Shown here piece by piece: positions 35,220-43,471 of a DNA stretch of 64,000 nt (position 1 is its first letter; each line of letters opens with the position of its first letter). The translations under genes and the position numbers were made by a program. Origin of the DNA: Candidatus Saccharimonadales bacterium (GTDB lineage: Bacteria > Acidobacteriota > Terriglobia > Terriglobales > Acidobacteriaceae); contig DATMNZ010000057.1 in NCBI GenBank assembly GCA_035568495.1, positions 11,315-75,314 of the forward strand. The letters run 5' to 3'. Below the pieces are notes generated by a model. The model was not told where the DNA came from and ran no database searches. It was given only the letters and a program-made list of their open reading frames with translations.

Positions 35220-35248
35220 CTCTGCCACGCAAAAGACACGTGGCAGAG
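35220..35248. terminator. Hairpin downstream of the MutS-related gene
   Basis: 10-bp perfect stem ctctgccacg / cgtggcagag with a 9-nt loop. There is no clear T tract. Confidence 0.35.
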
Positions 35249-35296
35249 TGATGAAAAACGAGCGTGATCAATCCCGAGATCAATCGCGAGAACCGA

Positions 35297-35387
35297 GTAC
35301 TAAGTGCTAAGTGCTAAGTGCTAAGTGCTAAGTACTAAGTACTAAGTACTAAGTACTAAGTACTAAGTACTAAGTACTAAGTACTAA
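35297..35387. repeat. Perfect heptanucleotide tandem array, 13 units (GTACTAA x1, GTGCTAA x4, GTACTAA x8)
   Basis: Read directly: 91 nt is exactly 13 x 7. The last unit contains the stop codon (cta at 35384-35386) of the minus-strand membrane protein gene. Confidence 0.95.
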
Positions 35388-36706
35388 TGGTTATACGGAT
35401 ATTCCGCGATCCAATGAAAGCCGCGGGTATTCAGCAGAAATTTGGGAGTATCTACATGATGCAGCCGGACGGAGATCTTCCTGCCTTCCAGTTGCCCGGT
35501 GAGCGTCAACGCCTGGGGCGTGGGCTGCTCAAATGTAAAGTCATAGGTCAAGGCGGGATTATCGCGCCCGACCAACGTGATGACCTTCTTTTCGGAGTTC
35601 ATTCGAATACGGTAGCGCTGGCGTGCCCCATCCACGGACTGCAAAGACAGCTCCGCGCCGGGATCGAAGATCACACGGTACCAGCGCGTGTTGTCGGCGA
35701 AGGTCAAGGGACGCAATTCGCCATCCAGGGAAAACTCGTCGGTCATCCAGATGCCATCGAGGGGTGACTTGGCCGCCGCACCGGTGTAGAACTTGTGTCC
35801 CGCATAGGCGTCGCGCAGCGAGCCGTACGTGGCGTAGGCCCCGAGCAGAAGCATTCCGGTGAGCACGCCGTAATTCAGCCACTTCCTTTGGAACAGAGGC
35901 GGATCAGGAGGAATCTGCGCGCTGCGGTGGAAAACCAGGAAGTCGGCCAGCCTGCGAAGATCGGGCAGGGCCAGCAGAAACGCTATGGCCAGCAAGTGGA
36001 AGGAATAGAGTTTGACCGGCACATCGTAACTCATGTTGAGCATGAAGACGTTGCCCATGCCGGCCATGGCCAGTAGCGCTCCCATGGTCGTCAGGCCGGG
36101 AATAAACAGCAGCAGGCCCCCCAGCATTTCCACGGCGCCGGTGAAGGCGTTGTAGGCTGTGGAGGCGCCCATCATGGTCCACAGCAGGCCCATGGGCGAG
36201 GAATCGCCATAGGGCTGCAACAGACGCCCGAGCGATGGATCAGGAAACTGCGATTTGATTACTTTGGCCGCGCCGTAGCTGATCAACGCGCCGCCGAGTG
36301 CGATGCGCAGTGACAACCTCAACCACTGATGCAGCCGGGGATGACTTGCGCTTCGCCGGTTAAACGCCGACCACACGACCGAGGCGGCGAGAGCCAGAGC
36401 CAAGTAGCACAGCACGACCACGTAGTTGTAGGCGGTGTCTCCACTGCCGCTGCCGTGGACCGTAATGGACTGGCGCAGCACGTGGCTGCCGGTCCAGATT
36501 GCCGCCTTGCTCCACTGCTGCAGGTACCAGGCGAGTGGCTTGGCGATGAACGGGAGATAACGGAGCAGGACAGCGCTGTTGTATAAGGCGAAATAGACGA
36601 AGATGAACCGGAAAGCGAGACGCGTTCCGAACCGCCAGCGCAAATCGTTCGATGCGCCAGCAACCTCTGGGCTTCCCGTTAAACCGGACGTGATCTGAGA
36701 TTCCAT
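35384..36706 (-). CDS. Integral membrane protein with C-terminal soluble domain (function unknown)
   Basis: From MESQITSG...: multiple hydrophobic helices (FRFIFVYFALYNSAVLL, VVVLCYLALALAASVVW, LLFIPGLTTMGALLAMAGMG). Start set at Met70 of the track ORF because upstream codons read through a repeat element. Confidence 0.6.
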   Translation of the reverse strand: MESQITSGLTGSPEVAGASNDLRWRFGTRLAFRFIFVYFALYNSAVLLRYLPFIAKPLAWYLQQWSKAAIWTGSHVLRQSITVHGSGSGDTAYNYVVVLCYLALALAASVVWSAFNRRSASHPRLHQWLRLSLRIALGGALISYGAAKVIKSQFPDPSLGRLLQPYGDSSPMGLLWTMMGASTAYNAFTGAVEMLGGLLLFIPGLTTMGALLAMAGMGNVFMLNMSYDVPVKLYSFHLLAIAFLLALPDLRRLADFLVFHRSAQIPPDPPLFQRKWLNYGVLTGMLLLGAYATYGSLRDAYAGHKFYTGAAAKSPLDGIWMTDEFSLDGELRPLTFADNTRWYRVIFDPGAELSLQSVDGARQRYRIRMNSEKKVITLVGRDNPALTYDFTFEQPTPQALTLTGQLEGRKISVRLHHVDTPKFLLNTRGFHWIAEYPYNH

Positions 36707-36952
36707 GACTTCGCCCCCAGTCCAAGGACCGTATTCCGGACGACGGCATTGTCTTCCGCTTTGGCCGTAGAAACAACTGGGAGCCGCAACCAAAAACAAG
36801 AGCCTACCACGGAGGCACGGAGTCACGGAGAAAAGCAAGAGCAAGAGCCGCGAATGCACGCGAATTAGAACCCAAGCAGGCGTTTGCACCCGGGACTCGG
36901 AATATGGATCCAACTACACAATTACCAAATTACCCACTTACGAAACTCACTT

Positions 36953-36984
36953 CTGATTCGTGTTTATTCGCGTTCATTCGCGGC
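36953..36984. repeat. TTCGCG-rich repeat (left partner of an inverted pair flanking the MoxR gene)
   Basis: ctgattcgtgtttattcgcgttcattcgcggc is the near reverse complement of 37957-37988. Related copies lie at 36847-36868 and 42175-42196. Confidence 0.7.
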
Positions 36985-37042
36985 CAACTGCCTTTGCTTT
37001 TGGTTGCGGCCACGCCGAAACAGGACTATCTTGAAAAGGCCC

Positions 37043-37936
37043 ATGGGAACGAATTCATCAGGCAATGTCATTCACGATATAGGCGCTGTGAGCGCCGGCT
37101 TCGAGCGGCTCGGCTACGTTACCGACCGCGCCTTAGCCACGGCCGTTTATCTGGCCATCAAACTGCATAAGCCCATACTACTGGAAGGCCACGCGGGACT
37201 GGGCAAGACCGAGGTTGCCAAGGTACTCGCCGGCCTGCTGGGTGCGCGCCTCATACGGCTGCAATGCTATGAGGGCCTGGACGTCAGTTCCGCCATCTAC
37301 GAGTGGAATTATCAGAAGCAACTGCTGGCCATTAAGATCCATGAAAAGACCAATGAGACGGTTGAAGAAAAAGAGAAACATATTTTCAGCCGCGAGTTCT
37401 TGATGGAACGTCCGCTGCTTCAGGCCATCCAGGCTGAAGATTTGCCGCCGGTGCTGCTGGTGGATGAAGTCGACCGCTCGGATGAAGCCTTTGAAGCTTT
37501 CCTGCTGGAACTGCTGTCGGACTTCCAGATCAGCATCCCGGAGTTGGGGACGATCCAAGCGAAGCACATTCCCTATGTCGTGCTGACTTCGAACCGCACG
37601 CGCGAACTGAGCGACGCCCTCAAGCGCCGCTGTCTCTACCACTGGATTGAATATCCCGATCTGGAAAAAGAGTTGAAGATCGTTCGCTCACGGCTGCCGG
37701 GGATTGAAGAAGAGCTGGGGCGGCAGGTGGTGCGCTTCGTTCAGGAAGTGCGGCAACTCGACCTGATGAAATCCCCCGGAGTAGCCGAGACCCTCGATTG
37801 GGCGCAGGCGCTGATGTCGCTGGGCAAGACGGACCTGAATGCCGGAGTGGTGGAAGAAACGCTGGGCTGCCTGTCGAAGTCGATGGAGGACACGGCCAGG
37901 ATCAGGTTGGCGGGGATTGAGAAGATGCTTTCGTAG
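37043..37936 (+). CDS. MoxR-type AAA+ ATPase (CoxD-like)
   Basis: Walker A EGHAGLGKTEVAK, Walker B LLVDEVDRSDE and VVLTSNRT. Start moved to the ATG at 37043, downstream of the repeat. Confidence 0.88.
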   Translation: MGTNSSGNVIHDIGAVSAGFERLGYVTDRALATAVYLAIKLHKPILLEGHAGLGKTEVAKVLAGLLGARLIRLQCYEGLDVSSAIYEWNYQKQLLAIKIHEKTNETVEEKEKHIFSREFLMERPLLQAIQAEDLPPVLLVDEVDRSDEAFEAFLLELLSDFQISIPELGTIQAKHIPYVVLTSNRTRELSDALKRRCLYHWIEYPDLEKELKIVRSRLPGIEEELGRQVVRFVQEVRQLDLMKSPGVAETLDWAQALMSLGKTDLNAGVVEETLGCLSKSMEDTARIRLAGIEKMLS

Positions 37937-37956
37937 CTTAAGATCAAAAGCATTTA

Positions 37957-37988
37957 GCCGCGAATTAACACGAATAAACGCGAATCAG
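37957..37988. repeat. TTCGCG-rich repeat (right partner)
   Basis: gccgcgaattaacacgaataaacgcgaatcag, inverted relative to 36953-36984. Confidence 0.7.
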
Positions 37989-38127
37989 AATTGACCAAAC
38001 AGCGATGTCATCCCGAAGCCCGTCAAGAGCGCGCGCTTTCTTCAGCGCGCGAGTAGGGCTGAGGGACCTGCTCCGCAGCGCTTGAGGTATAGATTCAGGG
38101 CTTGACCCTCCTCGCCGGAGTGTACCG

Positions 38128-39309
38128 GTGTTAAAGGATTCACTAGTGCATCTGCCCCAGACCATCATCGAATTTTCCCGCTTCGCGCGCGCGCGTGGAC
38201 TCTCGGTGGGCGTGACGGATACTCTCGTAGCGGCCGAGGCTGCGGAAGCCGTCGGCATTGCTGACCGCGATGTCTTTAAATTTGCGTTGCGCTCGGCGTT
38301 CTGCTCGTCGAAGGAAGACTGGGATCTCTTCGATCCACTGTTCGAGTCTTTCTGGGTGGTTTCCCGACCGCTCTCTGATTCGCCGTTTCCCAACAGCCGG
38401 CGCAGTGAATCGTCGAAATCAAAGACCAGCCACCACCTTCCGGCGCAAATCTCTATGCCCTTTGGCTCCGCCGGAGGAGAACGGCAAGCCAGTGAAGAGG
38501 GTGGCCGCGCAGTTTCCGGCGCAAGCGCTCTTGCGCAACTCAAGAAGACTGACTTTGCCGCCGTCCCGCACCATGACCAGGCGGCTCTTGAGCAGATTGC
38601 GATGCGGCTGTTGCGGCAGATGAGTCTGCGGCTTTCGCGGCGTTTGCAGCCGGCCCGGCCGAGTGGGCAGGTTGATTTGCGCCGGACCATCCGGCGGAAT
38701 ATCAGCGGGGGTGGTGATCCTCTGTATCTGCTTTATCGCTGGAAGAAGCTGCGCCCTAGCCGGCTGGTAGTGCTTCTCGATATCAGCGGCTCCATGAATC
38801 TATACAGCCTGTTTCTGGCGCGCTTTGCTTACGCACTCCAAAAGCATTTCCGGCATGTCCATACATTTGCCTTCAGCACTGGGCTGGTGGAAATCACCGG
38901 GGCATTGAAAGCCCGCGACCTGTCCTCGGCATTCCAGGCGCTGTCACAGCAGGCGCCAGGATGGTCCGGCGGCACGATGATTGGTGAATCCCTGGCGGAG
39001 TTCAACCGCCTCCACGGACGAAGGTTGCTGACTCGCGATACACTGTTGACTATCCTGAGTGATGGCTGGGATACAGGCGAACCGGAAGTGCTGGTCCGCC
39101 AACTCAAGAGCATTCGCCTGCGGGTTAAAAAATTGATCTGGTTGAATCCGCTGTTGGGTCTGGCGGATTACCAGCCTGTAACGCAGGCCATGAACGCGGC
39201 GCTGCCGTATATCGACGTCTTCGCTCCGGCGCATAATCTGGAAAGTCTTCTGGCGCTGGAGCGGCATCTATCGCGGGGTGGCGCACCGCGGAGGCAAAGA
39301 GCAATGTAG
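38128..39309 (+). CDS. coxE: VWA domain protein of the CoxE family
   Basis: MIDAS-like motif LVVLLDISGSMNLYS, SDGWDTG, and its position after a MoxR ATPase. The GTG start is approximate. Confidence 0.8.
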   Translation: MLKDSLVHLPQTIIEFSRFARARGLSVGVTDTLVAAEAAEAVGIADRDVFKFALRSAFCSSKEDWDLFDPLFESFWVVSRPLSDSPFPNSRRSESSKSKTSHHLPAQISMPFGSAGGERQASEEGGRAVSGASALAQLKKTDFAAVPHHDQAALEQIAMRLLRQMSLRLSRRLQPARPSGQVDLRRTIRRNISGGGDPLYLLYRWKKLRPSRLVVLLDISGSMNLYSLFLARFAYALQKHFRHVHTFAFSTGLVEITGALKARDLSSAFQALSQQAPGWSGGTMIGESLAEFNRLHGRRLLTRDTLLTILSDGWDTGEPEVLVRQLKSIRLRVKKLIWLNPLLGLADYQPVTQAMNAALPYIDVFAPAHNLESLLALERHLSRGGAPRRQRAM

Positions 39310-39357
39310 CTACAACCACAACCTTTGAACTATAGCGCAAGGAGTTGCAACGAAAAT

Positions 39358-39514
39358 CTTTGCAACACAGAGGAACAGAGGAAGCAGAGGACTTTGGGGT
39401 TGTGAGGCGGGTTAAGCAACCGCTGCAAGCTGAGACGATTTCTGGCGGGATAGTTTTAGGTTTTGACTTCCTCCTTCTGCCCTCTGCTGCCTCTGTTCTT
39501 CTGTGTTTCAAAGG
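39358..39514. mobile_element. MITE-like element of the CCTCTGTTCC...TTTCAAAGG family (about 157 bp)
   Basis: Left end tctttgcaacacagaggaacagaggaagcagaggactttggggttgtgaggcgg. Right end cctctgctgcctctgttcttctgtgtttcaaagg (39481-39514). Confidence 0.8.
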
Positions 39515-39532
39515 TTTTCGTGGATTAACCAA

Positions 39533-40504
39533 ATGTTCGATCGATTCCTGAACAAAGCGGCGGAGCTGTTGAATGCGGGCGAACCGTTTGTGGTCGCCAC
39601 CGTGGTCCGCTTTGAAGCGCCGATTTCGGGCAAGCCCGGCGACAAAGCCATTATCCGCGTCGATGGCTCGATGTGGGGATGGATCGGCGGCGGCTGTTCC
39701 GAGCCGGTGGTGATTGCCGAAGCCTTGAAAGCTCTGGCCGATGGCCGTCCGCGGCTGGTGCGTATCTCGCCCACTGCCGAACCTGGCGCGAAGGGTGGAG
39801 TGGTCGATTACACTATGACCTGTCACAGCGGAGGCAGCCTGGATATCTACATCGAACCGGTCCTAGCAAAGCCGCATATCCTCATCCTGGGCCGCTCGCC
39901 GGTGGCGCAGACGCTGGCGCGGCTAGGCCAGGCCATCCATTATGAGATTTCGGTAGTGGCTGAGGTGGGTGTGGAGGGCTTTCCCGGCGCTGGCCGCATT
40001 GCTTCCTCGATCGGTGAACTCAAGGTCACCCCGCAGACGATGATCGTGGTTTCCACCCAGGGTGAAGATGACGAAGACGCATTGGAACAGGCGCTTGGCT
40101 CGGGCGCCGAGTATGTGGCCTTTGTGGCCAGCAAAATCAAGGCACAGAAGGTCATGGAGCGCCTGCAAGAGAAGGGAGTCGCGGCCGGGCGGCTGCGACA
40201 GGTGAAAGCGCCGGCCGGCCTCGATATCCATGCGGCGTCACCGGAAGAGATTGCGGTCAGCATTCTGGCGGAAATCATCCAGACCCGCGGCAGCAGACTG
40301 CGGACGGCGGCGGAACCCGGAGCGGCGAACAAGAGCGTGTCGCTGCCGGTGATCAACACCGTAGCCAAAGACCCGATCTGCGGAATGATGGTCGATACTG
40401 CAAAGGCAAAGCACCGGTCGGAATTCCAGGGGAAGGGAGTCTACTTCTGTTGTGCCGGTTGCAAGCAGACGTTCGACCAGCACCCGGAAAAATATGCGGT
40501 CTGA
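39533..40504 (+). CDS. XdhC/CoxF(CoxI)-family maturation protein fused to a C-terminal YHS/TRASH metal-binding domain
   Basis: XdhC_CoxI N-domain (FVVATVVRFEAPISGKPGDKAII..DGSMWGWIGGGC). Rossmann-like middle (ILILGRSPVAQTLARLG). C-terminal DPICGMMVD...FQGKGVYFCCAGCKQTFDQHPEKY is a YHS-type motif. Confidence 0.82.
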   Translation: MFDRFLNKAAELLNAGEPFVVATVVRFEAPISGKPGDKAIIRVDGSMWGWIGGGCSEPVVIAEALKALADGRPRLVRISPTAEPGAKGGVVDYTMTCHSGGSLDIYIEPVLAKPHILILGRSPVAQTLARLGQAIHYEISVVAEVGVEGFPGAGRIASSIGELKVTPQTMIVVSTQGEDDEDALEQALGSGAEYVAFVASKIKAQKVMERLQEKGVAAGRLRQVKAPAGLDIHAASPEEIAVSILAEIIQTRGSRLRTAAEPGAANKSVSLPVINTVAKDPICGMMVDTAKAKHRSEFQGKGVYFCCAGCKQTFDQHPEKYAV

Positions 40505-40634
40505 TAGGATTGCCGATAGGTGAGCACCAGCGGGTGCTGCGCGATCGTCCCGGAAAACTGTTGTGCGGTACAATTCTCATTCGTAACAGCAATCCTGTTG
40601 AATTGAAATTGATTTTCGTTTTAAGGAGTGATGA

Positions 40635-40958
40635 ATGGCTAGCGTGAAATTGATGGTGATGTATCCCCAACCGAAAGATGTCGCAGCATTCGACCACATT
40701 TATGAAAAAGAACATGTGCCCATGGCGGTGAGCAAGCTCCAGGGCAAAACCAAGCTGGTGGCCACGAAAGTCGTCGCTTCACCCCAGGGAACGCCGCCCT
40801 ATTACCGGGTAGCCGAAGTGCATTTCCCCTCCATGGAAGCCCTGCAAGCCTGTGCGGGATCAGCAGGCGGCAAAGAAACCCTGGCCCATGCGGTCAAGAT
40901 ATCCTCCGGCGGCCCGCCGGTCATGATGATTGCGGAAGAGGATTCCTTTAATTTCTAA
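40635..40958 (+). CDS. EthD family reductase (TIGR02118-like)
   Basis: 107 aa with KLMVMYPQPKDVAAFDHIYEKEHVPMA, typical of the EthD / dimeric alpha-beta barrel family. Confidence 0.75.
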   Translation: MASVKLMVMYPQPKDVAAFDHIYEKEHVPMAVSKLQGKTKLVATKVVASPQGTPPYYRVAEVHFPSMEALQACAGSAGGKETLAHAVKISSGGPPVMMIAEEDSFNF

Positions 40959-40968
40959 CGCAAACGAA

Positions 40969-41015
40969 ATGAGCGCCCTACCCTTCGTAAAGAACACGAA
41001 GGGCGGGGCGCTCAT
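40969..41015. terminator. Long imperfect hairpin downstream of the EthD gene
   Basis: atgagcgccctacccttcg / cgaagggcggggcgctcat (19-bp arms, 2 mismatches, 9-nt loop). No T tract. Confidence 0.4.
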
Positions 41016-41122
41016 AGCCTGAAGCAGTTTCCCGTAGTTTGATCGCAGGCTTAGGCAGGCCGGTATACAATAAACTCTTCCAGGGACTTGAAAGACAAAG
41101 TCCTTGCCAAGGGGGCCAGCCG

Positions 41123-42154
41123 ATGAATCAACCCATGGCCAAGTTCGCGATCATTTCTCTAACACTGGCAGTCTGTTTCAGCATGGCGCTTGCAGCCCAG
41201 CAATCGCCGCCAGCCAAAGACCCGGAATTCGAAGAACAGTTTCAGCAGGGCCAGAAAGCCCTGGAAGCGCACCGCTATAAAGATGCTGTCATCGCGCTGA
41301 AGAAAGCCAACAAGCTTCGTCAGGACTCTTGCGCCGCGTGCTATATCGCGCTGGGCGTGGCGTACGCGCGCATGGGTCAGATCGATGACGCCCTCAAGAG
41401 TTGTGACAAAGCGGGCGCTTGCGCCAACGACGACCCAACGCGCGCCGCAGCCCATAATCTGAAGGGCACGGTGCTATTGAGCATCGCAGGCACAGACAGC
41501 AAGAAGCTTCTTTCCGCGGAAAGCGAGTATAGGGTTGCGGTCCAGGCCGACAAATCGGCGGCAATCCACCATATGGGCCTGGCCAAGACCCTGCTGCGCC
41601 GCTCCATGGATGCCGAAGCGAAAGAAGAATTGCAAGTCTGCCTGCGGTTGAATCCCGACACCCGGACCGCCGAGGAAGCGCGGCTCATGCTCGCCGATCC
41701 GAGACGGGGACGCGAGGAGTTCGCGCCGGATTTCGAAATTCAAACCGTGCAGGGCGAATCGATTTCTTTGCAGCAACTCAAAGGCAAGGTTGTGGTCATG
41801 GATTTCTGGGCCACTTGGTGTCCGCCCTGCCGCGCGTCGGTGCCGGAACTGAGGGACCTGACCAGGAAATATCCCACCAGCAAGCTGGTACTCATCAGCG
41901 TGAGCGCCGACGACGATGAGCAGGCCTGGCGCGACTTCATCGCCAAAAAGAACATGGATTGGGTCCAGTATCTCGACAGCAACCACAAGGTGCTCAATGC
42001 TTTCGGAATTCATGCCTTCCCCACATATCTGGTGATCGATGGCGACGGGATTGTCAAGCAGCGGATCACAGGCCTGGACCCGAGGGAGAGCGTAGTGCAT
42101 CGTCTAAAGGCCACTCTGGGAAATATGCCGCAACTGGAAGGCGAGCGTAAGTAA
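41123..42154 (+). CDS. TPR repeat / TlpA-like thioredoxin-fold protein (secreted thiol-disulfide oxidoreductase)
   Basis: Signal peptide MNQPMAKFAIISLTLAVCFSMALAAQ, TPR-like N-half and a redoxin C-half with the active site FWATWCPPC. Confidence 0.85.
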   Translation: MNQPMAKFAIISLTLAVCFSMALAAQQSPPAKDPEFEEQFQQGQKALEAHRYKDAVIALKKANKLRQDSCAACYIALGVAYARMGQIDDALKSCDKAGACANDDPTRAAAHNLKGTVLLSIAGTDSKKLLSAESEYRVAVQADKSAAIHHMGLAKTLLRRSMDAEAKEELQVCLRLNPDTRTAEEARLMLADPRRGREEFAPDFEIQTVQGESISLQQLKGKVVVMDFWATWCPPCRASVPELRDLTRKYPTSKLVLISVSADDDEQAWRDFIAKKNMDWVQYLDSNHKVLNAFGIHAFPTYLVIDGDGIVKQRITGLDPRESVVHRLKATLGNMPQLEGERK

Positions 42155-42202
42155 GAAACCGGTCTTCCTGTTACAAATTCACGTTGATTCGCGGCCAGGT
42201 TC

Positions 42203-43306
42203 TTACTCGAACTGAATCAGAACAATCTCGGGCGTTGAACCCACCCGCATCGGCGGTCCCCACGTGCCTGCGCCGCTGGAGGTATAGACCAGCAGGTTGC
42301 CGAGCCGTTTCAGTCCATAGGCAAACTGGCCCCACACACGCGTGATGATCCATGTGAAGGGAAAGAACTGTCCGCCGTGGGTGTGTCCGGCCAGTTGCAG
42401 CGAGATGCCTTGCTCTTCGGCGATGTGCATTCCGTGGGGCGCATGTGTAAGCAGGATGCTGGCCCGGCTGCGATCGACTTCCGCATGTTGCAGAATGGCC
42501 TTGAAGCGGCGTGGATCGACCGCATCACGGTAGTGAATGCCCAGCAATTGCATCCCATCGAGTTCGACTTTTTCATTGTTGAGGACGCGCACTCCGGAAT
42601 TTGCTATGGCTTCGAGGTGGCGCGCGTGTCCGGTGAAGCCATCGTGGTTGCCGGCAATGAAATAAGAGCCCAGGGGAGTCACCAGGTCCGACCACAGCAG
42701 CGCCAGCCCGTGCAGGTCGGCCTTCTGGCCATCGAACATGTCGCCAGTGATAAATACTACGTCCGGCCCCAGCAGATTCAGGGTGTTGACGATGCGCCGC
42801 AGAAAGCCGTGGGAGCGGACATGGCCGAGATGGGTGTCGCTGACCAGGGCGGCCACGCGCCCGCGCCATGATTCCGGCAGGTTCGGCAGAGTGACGCTCA
42901 CGCGGGTGATACGAGTCCAGGCGGCATTCAACATGCCATAGAGGCTGGCCATGAGCGCCAGGCCAAAGAACACAAACGCAATCGATTGCGGCGCAATCGC
43001 CAGCGATAGGATTTTCACCAGTCCCAGCGTTATCCAACTGGCAACCGCGGCGAGAAGACTGAAGCTCAACATGCCCAGCCACACCACGGAAGATATGTAA
43101 ACCACCCGTGCCAGAAGATTGGTGGAGCGGTCAGCGACCATCCATCCGGAAAGAAAGCTGACGGAGAGCAGCACAAAAGCGATCTTCAATCCGCGATGAG
43201 AAGCTGGATACGGAGAGAAACTCACCCATGTTTCGTAGATAAACCAATGGCCCAGAAACAAGATGGTCTGGGCGATGGCGACGATAATGGCAAAACGGGA
43301 ACGCAC
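42203..43306 (-). CDS. Membrane-anchored metallophosphoesterase
   Basis: N-terminal TM helices followed by the calcineurin-like motifs SDTHLG, GDMFDG, GNHD and GHTHGG. Confidence 0.88.
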   Translation of the reverse strand: MRSRFAIIVAIAQTILFLGHWFIYETWVSFSPYPASHRGLKIAFVLLSVSFLSGWMVADRSTNLLARVVYISSVVWLGMLSFSLLAAVASWITLGLVKILSLAIAPQSIAFVFFGLALMASLYGMLNAAWTRITRVSVTLPNLPESWRGRVAALVSDTHLGHVRSHGFLRRIVNTLNLLGPDVVFITGDMFDGQKADLHGLALLWSDLVTPLGSYFIAGNHDGFTGHARHLEAIANSGVRVLNNEKVELDGMQLLGIHYRDAVDPRRFKAILQHAEVDRSRASILLTHAPHGMHIAEEQGISLQLAGHTHGGQFFPFTWIITRVWGQFAYGLKRLGNLLVYTSSGAGTWGPPMRVGSTPEIVLIQFE

Positions 43307-43386
43307 TTTGTGGACCCCTCGATAAACTCTTATCTCCTGTTTAGATGAGCCGGGTGTGGCTTCGACTCAGTTTTCAGAAGGTGAAG

Positions 43387-43458
43387 ATTGCCAAAATTGG
43401 TAATTGCCGAAATTGAAGTTGACGGGATTCAATTCTGGCAATTACCAATTTTGGCAAT
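43387..43458. repeat. Perfect 22-bp inverted repeat (GGTAATTGCC family) forming a long hairpin after the ABC operon
   Basis: attgccaaaattggtaattgcc (43387-43408) and ggcaattaccaattttggcaat (43437-43458) are exact reverse complements. The loop carries a nested aattgaa / ttcaatt pair. Confidence 0.85.
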
Positions 43459-43471
43459 TTTGGCATCTTCC

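Noticed and set aside
35297-35387. Possible CRISPR array. The same question was considered for 61441-61565 and 28391-28561.
   Set aside because: The units are 7-16 nt and contiguous with no spacers, and no cas genes are present. They are simple tandem or inverted repeats.
36707-36913. N-terminal extension of the membrane protein ORF. The analogous extensions of moxR (36884-37042), DUF2461 (20538-20621), xdhC-like (39503-39532) and thrS (18137-18220) were also considered.
   Set aside because: The extensions are translated repeat elements (for example IRVHSR or SVPLCFKGF strings) or lack SD/signal logic. Internal ATGs give proteins of canonical length.
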